Source of the DNA: Candidatus Nanoarchaeia archaeon
GTDB lineage: Archaea; Nanobdellota; Nanobdellia; Woesearchaeales; JANQNE01
Reading direction: 5' to 3'
DNA length: 64,000 bases
NCBI GenBank assembly: GCA_028279725.1
Contig: JANQNE010000011.1
Span: 25,872 to 89,871, forward strand
The position numbers and the translations under genes were made by a program. Position 1 is the first letter of the stretch. Each line of letters opens with the position of its first letter. The notes beneath the pieces were generated by a model. The model had not been told where the DNA came from, made no database searches, and worked only from the letters and a program-made list of their open reading frames with translations. Shown here piece after piece: positions 48,586-59,004 of this stretch.

Positions 48586-48759
48586 ATGAGAGATGATTAT
48601 AAGGAAGAGATTGAGGAAGAGAATGTATATAGTGAAGGCGGTAGAGAGAGCAATCTAGATGATGATGAGATATCGGGCAGTGAAGAAGCATTTATGCGTG
48701 GATATGATGATGCTGAAGAGTATGATGACGGAGATTACTCTGAAAGCGAAGAAGAATAA
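48586..48759 (+). CDS. Small acidic protein (57 aa), paralog 4
   Basis: MRDDYKEEIEEENVYSEGGRESNLDDDEISGSEEAFMRGYDDAEEYDDGDYSESEEE; same YSE(D/G)GRE...EEAFM(Q/R)GY core as ORFs 1 and 2; RBS cagagggtg upstream. Confidence 0.5.
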   Translation: MRDDYKEEIEEENVYSEGGRESNLDDDEISGSEEAFMRGYDDAEEYDDGDYSESEEE

Positions 48760-48762
48760 GAG

Positions 48763-48857
48763 TGCATATTGCGCTACGTACTAATTCTGTTTTTTGACTG
48801 ATTTCAGATTCCAGTGTCATAGATATTTACCTGAGTACTTCGCTTGCCAATATGCAC
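48763..48857 (+). repeat. Copy 2 of the ~94-nt structured hairpin element
   Basis: Perfect 10-bp terminal inverted repeat GTGCATATTG/CAATATGCAC enclosing CGCTACGTAC...TTTCAGATTCCAG...GAGTACTTCGCTTG; inner helix GTAC/GTAC. Confidence 0.55.
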
Positions 48858-48904
48858 CAGAATAAACAAAAGATTTATTAAATAAATAACTAATTCTTTT
48901 AAAT

Positions 48905-49603
48905 ATGAAAATTAATATTCAAAAAGAGGTATTTGATAAGTTAGATGGATTTAGTGTAGGTGTTGTTGTTTCTAAAGGTGTTGACAATAAGGTTGAAGAG
49001 AAAAGGATCGCTAAGCTTGTTTCTGAAGTTGAGAATATGATCAGGATGGATTTTATACCTGAGGAAGTTGCTAAGCATCAGCTGATATCCCCATGGAAAG
49101 CAGCATATTTTGATTTTGATGAAAGACCGAAAGGAATGCATAGCTCTGTTGAGAAGCTTATGAAAGCTGTTCTTGATGGAAAGAATATATTAGTTGTGAA
49201 TAAGCTTAAGGATATTGCAAATTATCTTTCTCTTAAACATATCATACCTGTAAGTATCCATGATTCAAGGATGTTCAACGGAGATATTGCTATTAAGAAA
49301 GCTGCTGCAAGAGAGCATTTCAAAGTTATAGGAAAGGATGTGAAGCATCCTGCTAAAGGAGAGATTATCATCAAAGATAAACTAGAAGTCTTGTGCAGGA
49401 AGTTCGGGCTTGAGAAAGCAGAGAAGACCAGATTGAGAAAAGATACAAAAGATGTTGTTGTATTTGTGTTTGGACTTAAGCCAATATCTGGAAAGAAATT
49501 AGTTGAAGTGTGCAAGGATATGTCTGGAATGCTTGATTCATTTTGTGGTGGAGAGAGCAAGTATTACATATTGAACAAAAATAATTCTGAAGTTGATGTT
49601 TAA
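48905..49603 (+). CDS. Stand-alone B3/4-domain protein (tRNA-binding-like, PheT B3/B4 homolog)
   Basis: 232-aa protein; N-terminal VFDKLDGFSVGVVVSKGVDN and overall size fit solo B3_4 proteins; moderate-confidence family call. Confidence 0.45.
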   Translation: MKINIQKEVFDKLDGFSVGVVVSKGVDNKVEEKRIAKLVSEVENMIRMDFIPEEVAKHQLISPWKAAYFDFDERPKGMHSSVEKLMKAVLDGKNILVVNKLKDIANYLSLKHIIPVSIHDSRMFNGDIAIKKAAAREHFKVIGKDVKHPAKGEIIIKDKLEVLCRKFGLEKAEKTRLRKDTKDVVVFVFGLKPISGKKLVEVCKDMSGMLDSFCGGESKYYILNKNNSEVDV

Positions 49604-51299
49604 AATGGACAAATATGAGAAAGAAGTGCTGGATCTTCTTAAGAAAGAGCTGAAAAAGGAGGTTAGTCTATCTAGACCGCCTGACAGCGCTATGGGAGAT
49701 TATGCTTTTCCGTGCTTTGTTCTTGCTAAAGACATGAAGAAAGCTCCTAATGTAATTGCTGAAGAGCTTGCTGGAAAGCTTAAAGTTTCTGGGAATATAG
49801 AGAGGATAGAATCTAAAGGGCCTTATCTGAATTTTTTTATGAAGAAAGGAAGTGTTGCTTCTGATGCATTGAAGAAGATCTTTAAAGATGGAGCAGAGTT
49901 TGGAAGAGTTTCTGGAAAGAAAAAGGTTGTTATAGAATATCCCGGACCTAATACAAATAAGCCATTGCACTTAGGGCATGTAAGGAATATGGCTTTGGGT
50001 TATTCTATGAGCAGGATACTTTCTGCTGCAGGAAATAATGTTATTACTGTGAATATCAATAATGACAGAGGGATACATATATGTAAATCTATGCTTGCTT
50101 ACAAAAAATGGGGAAAGAATGATTCTCCTGAAAAATCAAAGATGAAGAGTGATTTTTTTGTTGGAAAGTATTATGTCAAGTTTGCTGAAGAGCTTAAGAA
50201 GAATCCTGATCTTGAGAATGAAGCTTTAGAGATGCTGGAGAAGTGGGAGCAAGGTGATAAAGAAGTTGTTGCTCTCTGGAAAAAGATGAACAAATGGGCT
50301 TTTGATGGATTCAAAAAGACGTATAAAACATTTGATGTTAAGTTTGAGAAAGAATATTTTGAAAGCGAGACATATAAGAAAGGAAAAGATATTGTCATGG
50401 ATGGATTGAAGAAAGGAATCTTTGAGAAAGATGAGGATGGAGCTGTTGTAGCTGATCTTGAGAAAGAAGGGTTTGGAAAGAAAGTTTTGTTAAGGGCTAA
50501 TGGAACAACTGTTTATGTTACGCAAGATCTTTTTTTAGCTAAGCAGAAATTTGATGATTTTAAGTATGATAAGTCTATATATGTTGTTGCAACAGAGCAG
50601 AACTATCATTTTAAAGTTCTGTTTACTTTATTGAAGAAGCTTAATTTTCCTTTTGCTGATAAATGCCATCATTTTGCTTATGGAATGGTCAATCTGACTA
50701 CAGGAAAGATGAAGTCCAGAGAGGGAACAGTTGTTGATGCTGATAATCTTGTCGATGAGATGGTTGCAATTGCAAAAGAAGAGACTAAGAAAAGGCATAA
50801 GGATATTTCTGAGAAGGAGTTAGATAAGAGAGCTAAGCAGATCGCTATGGCAGCTATAAGATTTTATTTGCTTAAGAGTGATTCTATCAAAGATATACTG
50901 TTTGACCCTAAGGAATCTATATCTTTTGAAGGAGAGACTGGGCCTTATGTTCAGTATGTTCATGCAAGATGTTGTAGTGTTTTGAAGAAAGCTAAACTGG
51001 AAGTTGATGCTAAGGTTGATTTTGAGCTGTTGAAAGAAAAGCAGGAGCAAGAACTGGTCAGTATGCTGAATGAATTTCCATCAGTTGTTGCAAACAGTGC
51101 AAAGAATTATAAACCTTCATTGATTACAAGATATTTATTGGATCTTTGCCAGTCATTCAACAATTTTTATCATTGTTTTCCTGTGATACAGGATGATAAG
51201 AAATTAGAGAAAGCAAGATTACTGCTTGTTGATTGCGTAAGGTCTGTTGTTGAGAACGGCTTGGATCTTCTGGGGATAGAAGCTCCGAGAACTATGTAA
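49593..51299 (+). CDS. argS: Arginyl-tRNA synthetase
   Basis: Class I HIGH-like PLHLGHVRN, the anticodon-binding C-terminal domain and overall ArgRS layout. The true start is probably the ATG at 49605, right after the upstream stop. Confidence 0.85.
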   Translation: MMFKMDKYEKEVLDLLKKELKKEVSLSRPPDSAMGDYAFPCFVLAKDMKKAPNVIAEELAGKLKVSGNIERIESKGPYLNFFMKKGSVASDALKKIFKDGAEFGRVSGKKKVVIEYPGPNTNKPLHLGHVRNMALGYSMSRILSAAGNNVITVNINNDRGIHICKSMLAYKKWGKNDSPEKSKMKSDFFVGKYYVKFAEELKKNPDLENEALEMLEKWEQGDKEVVALWKKMNKWAFDGFKKTYKTFDVKFEKEYFESETYKKGKDIVMDGLKKGIFEKDEDGAVVADLEKEGFGKKVLLRANGTTVYVTQDLFLAKQKFDDFKYDKSIYVVATEQNYHFKVLFTLLKKLNFPFADKCHHFAYGMVNLTTGKMKSREGTVVDADNLVDEMVAIAKEETKKRHKDISEKELDKRAKQIAMAAIRFYLLKSDSIKDILFDPKESISFEGETGPYVQYVHARCCSVLKKAKLEVDAKVDFELLKEKQEQELVSMLNEFPSVVANSAKNYKPSLITRYLLDLCQSFNNFYHCFPVIQDDKKLEKARLLLVDCVRSVVENGLDLLGIEAPRTM

Positions 51300-51312
51300 A
51301 AAGAGGTGTAAG

Positions 51313-52539
51313 ATGTTTGATCAGATAATAGTATTGGTTATATTGATCTTACTTTCTGGATTCTTTTCTGGAGTAGAGATAGCCCTGTTTTCATTGAGTA
51401 AACTGAAGCTTAGGCATATGGTAGAGAAGAAAGTTATGAATGCGCATATCATCCAGAAGCTTAAAGATAACCCTCAGAGGTTGTTGATCACTATACTTAT
51501 AGGGAATAATGTTGTGAATATATTAGCAAGCGTTTATGCGACAACTGTTGCTATCAGCATGTCTGAAAGCAATGTAGTCGGTATTGTTACTGGAGTTATG
51601 ACTTTCCTGATATTGGTGTTTGGAGAGATAATACCAAAGAGTGTTGCAACAACACACTCACAGATAATATCGCAGATTGTTGCAAAGCCTATTTTATGGA
51701 TGCAATATCTTTTGTTTCCTCTGATAATCGTGTTTGAAGTGATCGCTAAGCTTGGAACTTTGGTTTTTGGGAAGAAGGATATCCCAATTGTTACTGAAGA
51801 AGAGGTTAAGAGCATAATTGCAGCTGGTGAAGAGGAAGGAGAGATCAAGGAAGCAGAGAAAGAGATGATAGAGAGGGTTTTTAAGTTTGATGATGTCAGT
51901 GCAGATGAGATAATGACTCCAAGGAATGATATGATTGTTGTCAGCAGGAAGGCAAGCTTAAGTGAAGCTGTGAAGAAGATGATGAGGAGCGGATTTTCAA
52001 GGCTGCCAGTATATGAAAAGACAAGAGATAAAATCGTAGGAATCGTCCATCTTAAGGATGTTGTTGATGTTATGAAGAACAAGAAGAAAAAGGTTGAGAC
52101 TATAATGAAAGAACCTGATTTTGTCCCTGAATCAAAGAAGACGGATAATCTTTTGAAGCATTTTCAGAGGAAAAAATCACATATGTCGCTTGTTGTTGAT
52201 GAGCATGGTATTGTCCAGGGGTTAGTCACTCTTGAAGATGTTTTGGAAGAGATTGTCGGTGAGATACTGGATGAAAGAGATAAGGTTGAGCCTGATCTTA
52301 CCAAGATAAAAAGGAATGAATGGCTTGTTATGGGGAAGATGGATGTTGATGATTTCTTCAAGAAGTTCAAGATAAGGAAAGTTAAAGAGCCGGATTATGA
52401 GACAGCAGGCGGTTATGTTATAAGCAGGCTTGGATTTATACCTGAGAAAGGGGATGTTTTAGACCTTAAGAATTTCAGGATAACTGTAGAAGAGATGAAG
52501 GCTCAGAGGCTGTGCAGCTTTAAGATTGTGAAGAAGTAG
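51313..52539 (+). CDS. CNNM/HlyC-CorC family transporter (DUF21 + CBS pair + CorC_HlyC)
   Basis: Four N-terminal TM helices, a CBS pair (IMTPRNDMIVV..., HMSLVVDEHGIVQGLVTLEDVLEEIVGEI) and a C-terminal transporter-associated domain. Confidence 0.8.
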   Translation: MFDQIIVLVILILLSGFFSGVEIALFSLSKLKLRHMVEKKVMNAHIIQKLKDNPQRLLITILIGNNVVNILASVYATTVAISMSESNVVGIVTGVMTFLILVFGEIIPKSVATTHSQIISQIVAKPILWMQYLLFPLIIVFEVIAKLGTLVFGKKDIPIVTEEEVKSIIAAGEEEGEIKEAEKEMIERVFKFDDVSADEIMTPRNDMIVVSRKASLSEAVKKMMRSGFSRLPVYEKTRDKIVGIVHLKDVVDVMKNKKKKVETIMKEPDFVPESKKTDNLLKHFQRKKSHMSLVVDEHGIVQGLVTLEDVLEEIVGEILDERDKVEPDLTKIKRNEWLVMGKMDVDDFFKKFKIRKVKEPDYETAGGYVISRLGFIPEKGDVLDLKNFRITVEEMKAQRLCSFKIVKK

Positions 52540-53023
52540 CAAAACAAAGCAAAGCATAGAACCCTTCCTTGTTCTGCAATAATATATTCTCAGTTGATTG
52601 TCTTGTTGATTTTTCTCTTTTTATCTCTCTGAAATGTTTTTCCGCTATCTTTGATAGATCGTTAAATGTCTTTAGGCTTCCACTCCTTTTCTTAAAGAGC
52701 AATGCATTGGTAAGATCGTCAGGGCTGTTAAAGTCCTTTATAGTTGGACTGTTGTATTCTTCAGAGTGTATGAATTTCATATAAGGATATTCTGGGTTGG
52801 AGATGTTCGGGGTTATTCTGTTGCCTATCTTTGTAGTATGGACAAAATGCCCGTCCTTCCTGGATAAAGTCCTTATGCAGAGGTTGTTTCCTGAATCAAC
52901 CATATAAGCACAGGAGATCATACCTTCACATAATGCAGTTGCATGCGATTCAGAAGAAGAATATATGTGGAAGTGATCTGTCCTTCTATCCCTCGCCGGA
53001 AGCTTAAGTAATCTGTATCTCAT
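52520..53023 (-). CDS. Hypothetical protein
   Basis: 167-aa ORF convergent with the transporter gene; no confident motifs. Confidence 0.3.
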   Translation of the reverse strand: MRYRLLKLPARDRRTDHFHIYSSSESHATALCEGMISCAYMVDSGNNLCIRTLSRKDGHFVHTTKIGNRITPNISNPEYPYMKFIHSEEYNSPTIKDFNSPDDLTNALLFKKRSGSLKTFNDLSKIAEKHFREIKREKSTRQSTENILLQNKEGFYALLCFATSSQS

Positions 53024-53075
53024 CTTTGCTTTTAGTGTGTTTTTCTTTAAAAAAGTAACTATTTTAAAATGCTAA

Positions 53076-54496
<1,421 letters not shown>

Positions 54497-54503
54497 TTCT
54501 TGT

Positions 54504-55877
54504 TTATATAATATTTAATTGTAATCTTCTTTCTATCTCTTTACCAATCAACCTGTAATATTCTTTTAATGTAATTTCTCCATAATCTTTTCTTGCAGCC
54601 CTGTCGATGTAATAACACAGAGTGGTATTTAAGTAGTGATCATACATTCCTGTTGTTCCTAACAGGCTATCAAGTTTTCTAACACCTATATCAATCACTT
54701 CGATATAACGCGGAATTGGCATCTTATTATGCCTTACTAAGATGCTAGGGTCCTTACCATAGATATATTTCTTCATTTTCTTTGCATAAAAATCAAGCAG
54801 TTCTCTTCTGTCAACCGGAACTTTAACATTCAGATGGTGGGATTTAACACATATGCATCTTTCTTCTAATCTTTGCCCAGTCCTGTAATCATAAACATGT
54901 TTTAATGCGATAACTTCATAGTTTTTTTCTCTTTTTCTGATTGCAGCAAGTTCATCATCTGTTAGTTTTATAGCAACAGCATTAAATTTATGACCTATGG
55001 AAGCAGAAATGTTCAGTACAGCAACTCTATTTGCCTTAATATCTTCATCTGTTTCCCATTTCTTTCTGGTGGCGATCTTGTTAAATACTCTTTTATAACC
55101 TACCACCCACACAGGTGTTAATCTGGCTTTGAATTCTGCAGCTAAATCCTTTATAGGAGTTCCTGCTTTTTCTAAAGTTGATCTTAGTTCATCTATAGTT
55201 TCATCTGCATTCATCAGGCTGCCATAGCCAACCAAAGAATATGTGAAATTTCTTGGGTATTCTTCTTCAATATTTTTGGTCTCTTCTTTAGCAATCTCTG
55301 CTAATTCCTTTTCTTTTCCCAGGATTATCCCTTCTTGTCTGATGAGGGTCTCAAATTCATGAAAGTTCTTGATGAAAGAAGGGGGATTATCTAGGTGTTT
55401 TTTTAACCACCCCATCTGTTTTTGTAATACTGAAACCAGATTCCTTAGACTTTCGTGAAGGATATTAAGATCTGAATATTCCCGAAGAGTTAATTTAAAC
55501 AACTTCCTATTAGTTTTCCATCTAACCAGCAGGTCCTTTAAGATGTTTAATGCCTTACTTGAATATTTTTCCTCTGTTTTCTCATAATTTTCTTCAAGCC
55601 CAATAACCCGTAGAAGTTTCCTTGTTTCATTAAAGATGGCCTTTCCACCAAATGCAGTGATTTTACCTTTTTTCTGCTCGTCTCTACATCTTTTGATAAA
55701 AGCCAGTTTTCTCCTGTACCTGTCTTCCAAAGAATAAAATACCTTTAGCATGTCCTTTAAATTATCATCCAGTTTGTTTAACATATTAGAACTTTTTTTT
55801 GAGATGAATATGTCAAATATCATATAGGTGGGAAATATGTGGGTGAGGTATATAAAATTTTCTACTCGTCTGATCAA
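54504..55877 (-). CDS. Protein with gamma-glutamylcyclotransferase (AIG2/GGCT-like) domain plus N-terminal helical region
   Basis: YSLVGYGSLMN (cf. YFAYGSNM) and VVGYKRVF (GYRL/F) with downstream ...ELAAIRKREKNYEV (EG..Y.R-like), in residues ~205-330 of a 457-aa protein. Confidence 0.45.
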   Translation of the reverse strand: MIRRVENFIYLTHIFPTYMIFDIFISKKSSNMLNKLDDNLKDMLKVFYSLEDRYRRKLAFIKRCRDEQKKGKITAFGGKAIFNETRKLLRVIGLEENYEKTEEKYSSKALNILKDLLVRWKTNRKLFKLTLREYSDLNILHESLRNLVSVLQKQMGWLKKHLDNPPSFIKNFHEFETLIRQEGIILGKEKELAEIAKEETKNIEEEYPRNFTYSLVGYGSLMNADETIDELRSTLEKAGTPIKDLAAEFKARLTPVWVVGYKRVFNKIATRKKWETDEDIKANRVAVLNISASIGHKFNAVAIKLTDDELAAIRKREKNYEVIALKHVYDYRTGQRLEERCICVKSHHLNVKVPVDRRELLDFYAKKMKKYIYGKDPSILVRHNKMPIPRYIEVIDIGVRKLDSLLGTTGMYDHYLNTTLCYYIDRAARKDYGEITLKEYYRLIGKEIERRLQLNII

Positions 55878-55917
55878 AAGAAAAAATATTTAAACCCCTG
55901 TTACTTTAGCCTTATAA

Positions 55918-56928
55918 ATGGAAAAACGAAAAAGAGGAAGGAAAGACAAAAAGCTAGTTCTGTTCAGGAAGTTGAAAAAGATAGAGAGTGAGGTATTTAA
56001 TGACGGGTTTACATACCTGGTAAGCTTATTGAGATATCCAAATCACAGGAGTTTCCAGTACGGGACTTTAGAGCATATATACAAGAAAAGGAATGAGGGT
56101 TCTTTCAAGAATTTCTTTTTTGATAAGAAGTTGTATCAGCTTGTTAAGAAGGAGATTGAAATTCTTTATCCAAAATATAAAAGGATAAGGATAATCATAA
56201 CAAGGTATGGTATAATGGTGTGTGATAATTATAGGCCTAATAACTTTAATGTGTTGCTTCTGACTATCCATGCCGGAAGGTGGGCTCCTGAGAATATCGA
56301 AAAGAAGATGAGATTGACCAGGACAGGAAGGTTTAGGGAGGAAGATATCGACTCTGACAGGATATATTCTAATATTGTTCTTGAGAGAGGAGGTATATGG
56401 ATCAACTCTAAACTTTCAAGATATGTCTGTGACCTTAACAGGCCACAGAACAGGTGCATATATTTCAAGAAAGATGAGAAATGGATAGATAACGATATCT
56501 GGGATGATGATCTTACAAATAAAGAGATAACACAGATAAACAGGTGGCATCAGGATTTTTATGTTACACTACATAAAGTGTTGGAGACGTATAAGTTCAA
56601 TATAATATTTGACGGGCATACTATGAAAGACAGGCCTGGAAGACCAACGATAAGTTTTGGTACAAAGCATATATCTCCATTCTATATGCCTGTTGTGAGA
56701 GCGATGAAAAACAGGCTTAAGAAAGTGGGGTATAAAGATACTTTTTTCAACAGGCCTTATGGCGGTGGTTTCATTTTGAAATGGCTGAAGACCAAATTCC
56801 AGGATAAGTTTATATTCTCTATGGAGATAAACAAGAAAGAATATATGAATAAAGACAGGACTAAGACAAAGAAGGATAAGGTTGAAAGGTTAAGCCATGA
56901 GATAACACAGATATTTGATATAAAATGA
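55918..56928 (+). CDS. N-formylglutamate amidohydrolase (FGase/HutG-like) family protein
   Basis: LLTIHAGRWAPE (HxGxxxP), CDLNRPQN (DxNR) and a later FDGHTM His motif, typical of the FGase fold. Confidence 0.45.
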   Translation: MEKRKRGRKDKKLVLFRKLKKIESEVFNDGFTYLVSLLRYPNHRSFQYGTLEHIYKKRNEGSFKNFFFDKKLYQLVKKEIEILYPKYKRIRIIITRYGIMVCDNYRPNNFNVLLLTIHAGRWAPENIEKKMRLTRTGRFREEDIDSDRIYSNIVLERGGIWINSKLSRYVCDLNRPQNRCIYFKKDEKWIDNDIWDDDLTNKEITQINRWHQDFYVTLHKVLETYKFNIIFDGHTMKDRPGRPTISFGTKHISPFYMPVVRAMKNRLKKVGYKDTFFNRPYGGGFILKWLKTKFQDKFIFSMEINKKEYMNKDRTKTKKDKVERLSHEITQIFDIK

Positions 56929-58325
56929 AGATAATAAACACGACAAAGAAGCAGAGCAATAAAAGGCCTTTGAAAAAGGCAAAGACCGGGCTGGAAGTAG
57001 AGATGTTTGTCATAGATAAAAAAGGAGATATGACACAGAAAGGATATTCTCTTGTGAAAAATGTCAAGAAAATAGAGGGAGAAGTTGAGATTGTAAAAGA
57101 AGTCGGAATGAATATGATCGAGTTCGGGTGTTATCCTAGTGTTAATACATACAACCCCGCGTTGGAACTGATCGAGTCTATAGAGAAGACAATAAAGATT
57201 GCAAAGAAAGATGGATTATTGCTATATCCTTTTGGAACTTATCCTGGAACCTCTGAATCAAAGCTTACTCCAGACACAAGAGGGCACTATAAGATCAAGA
57301 AGAAGATATTTGGAGATAAGAAATTTCCATTAGCAACAAAAGCGATAGGATTTCATCATCACTATGCTCTTCCTAAAGGGGTGTTTAATTACGAGAAGAA
57401 GGAATTAAAATTATTGATTGACAGTAAGTTGAAGAGAAGTTTGTTGAATTGCTATAATTTTGAGATCGCTATAGATCCTATATTGACGTTATTGACGCAA
57501 TCATCTCCATTTTTTGAAGGAGAACAGCTTGCTAAGGATTCGAGGATGCTGATATATAGGGGAGGAAAGAAACTAAAGTATAAGAAAGGGCTGTATCATA
57601 AGTTCCAGATATTAGGTGGGCTTCCTCCATATAAGCAGACTGAGACTGACCTGATAAGAAGTATCAAGAGGAGACAGCAGAAATGGAAGAGGCTTATAAG
57701 AAAGGCTGACAAGACTGTGAAGTTCAGGAAGATGTATCCGTTCAAGATGGATATAGGATGGAATCCTATAAAGATCAACAAGCATGGAACTTTGGAGGAA
57801 AGAGGGATGGACATGAACTACATGTCTATACTTCTTGGAGTCTCTGCTTTGATCAAGTTCTGTCTTAAGAAGATACAGAGAGATTTTATCGAGGTCATAC
57901 CTTCTGATATCGGGATAAAGGAGCCTTTCAAGATAAGGAAAGGTGTGATGTTTATCCCGCCGCATACACATATCAGGGAAAACTTACAGAAAGCCAGCGC
58001 TTATGAAGGATTTGATAATGATGAGCTTTACGAATATACAAAAGCATTCTATAAGCTTGCAAAGAGCTTGTCAAGAAAGATCTATTATCCTTTGTTTGAA
58101 AGGATCGAAGGGATGATAGAGAAAAGAAAGTCTGTCTCTGATGAGATCATCGATTATGCTAAGAGGAAGAAATTAATCAATGGTGATGGAAAGATATCAA
58201 ACAAGAATGCAAAAGTTCTTGCATTGTATCTGTCTAAGAAGTTTGAGAGGGACCTTAAGGAGACAAAGAAGATAGTAAAGGAGATAATGACGAAGCATAA
58301 AAGACAGATCAAGACTAAAAGATGA
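56925..58325 (+). CDS. Carboxylate-amine ligase, glutamate-cysteine-ligase family 2 (GCS2/YbdK-like)
   Basis: N-terminal TGLEVEMFVIDKKGD (cf. TxGxEEEFxLVD) and size (466 aa) consistent with the GCS2 family; start overlaps the upstream stop. Confidence 0.5.
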   Translation: MKIINTTKKQSNKRPLKKAKTGLEVEMFVIDKKGDMTQKGYSLVKNVKKIEGEVEIVKEVGMNMIEFGCYPSVNTYNPALELIESIEKTIKIAKKDGLLLYPFGTYPGTSESKLTPDTRGHYKIKKKIFGDKKFPLATKAIGFHHHYALPKGVFNYEKKELKLLIDSKLKRSLLNCYNFEIAIDPILTLLTQSSPFFEGEQLAKDSRMLIYRGGKKLKYKKGLYHKFQILGGLPPYKQTETDLIRSIKRRQQKWKRLIRKADKTVKFRKMYPFKMDIGWNPIKINKHGTLEERGMDMNYMSILLGVSALIKFCLKKIQRDFIEVIPSDIGIKEPFKIRKGVMFIPPHTHIRENLQKASAYEGFDNDELYEYTKAFYKLAKSLSRKIYYPLFERIEGMIEKRKSVSDEIIDYAKRKKLINGDGKISNKNAKVLALYLSKKFERDLKETKKIVKEIMTKHKRQIKTKR

Positions 58326-58969
58326 TAAAGGCTATCGTATTTGATATGGACGGAGTAATAGTTGATTCTGAGAAGTTGCACTTTCAGGCCTGGAAAATTC
58401 TTTTTAAGCAGGAGAAAGGTATTGAGATCGATGAAAAATATTTTAAGAAGATGGTCGGAACTACAGATCTTTTTACAGTCAGACATTTTTTCAGGAAATA
58501 TAAGATAAGGGGAAATATCCAGGAATGGAGGATGAAGAAGAAAAGAATCATACTCAAGATGTTTAGGGAGAAAGGGAAGATCTTTCCAGGGGTTAAACAT
58601 ATTATCAGGAAGCTGAGCGCTAAGTATAAGATGGGATTAGCTACAGGAGCCTGGAGAGCATCAGCTAATGTTGTGATGAAGAAGTTTGATCTTAAGCAGT
58701 ATATCTCTAAGATGGTCACGAAAGAAGATGTCAGGAATCATAAGCCGCATCCTCAGGCTTATCAGAAGATGGCAAATCTTTTAGGGGTTGATGAGAAAGA
58801 GTGTGTTGTATTTGAGGATTCTGTGCCTGGAATATTGGCTGCAAAAAGAGCTAAATGCAAATGTATCGCTGTTACAAACAGCCATCCTGCAGCAAAGCTG
58901 AAGAAAGCTGACCTGGTTGTGAAGGATCTTAGGGATAAGAGGATAGGAAAGTTTATTAGTTCTTTATAG
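58322..58969 (+). CDS. HAD-superfamily hydrolase, subfamily IA (beta-phosphoglucomutase/phosphatase-like)
   Basis: Motif I AIVFDMDGVIVDSE (DxDGV), motif II in LATGAW, motif IV VVFEDSVPGILAAKRA; 215 aa. Confidence 0.8.
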   Translation: MIKAIVFDMDGVIVDSEKLHFQAWKILFKQEKGIEIDEKYFKKMVGTTDLFTVRHFFRKYKIRGNIQEWRMKKKRIILKMFREKGKIFPGVKHIIRKLSAKYKMGLATGAWRASANVVMKKFDLKQYISKMVTKEDVRNHKPHPQAYQKMANLLGVDEKECVVFEDSVPGILAAKRAKCKCIAVTNSHPAAKLKKADLVVKDLRDKRIGKFISSL

Positions 58970-59004
58970 TATACTGGTATACGTTTTTGTATATTATGTT
59001 GATG

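Noticed and set aside
48763-48857. Interpreting the three hairpin elements as MITEs or C/D-box sRNAs
   Set aside because: Terminal inverted repeats differ completely between copies, whereas MITEs conserve their TIRs. I saw no clear target-site duplications. I could not find consistent C (RUGAUGA) and D (CUGA) boxes at fixed positions in all three.
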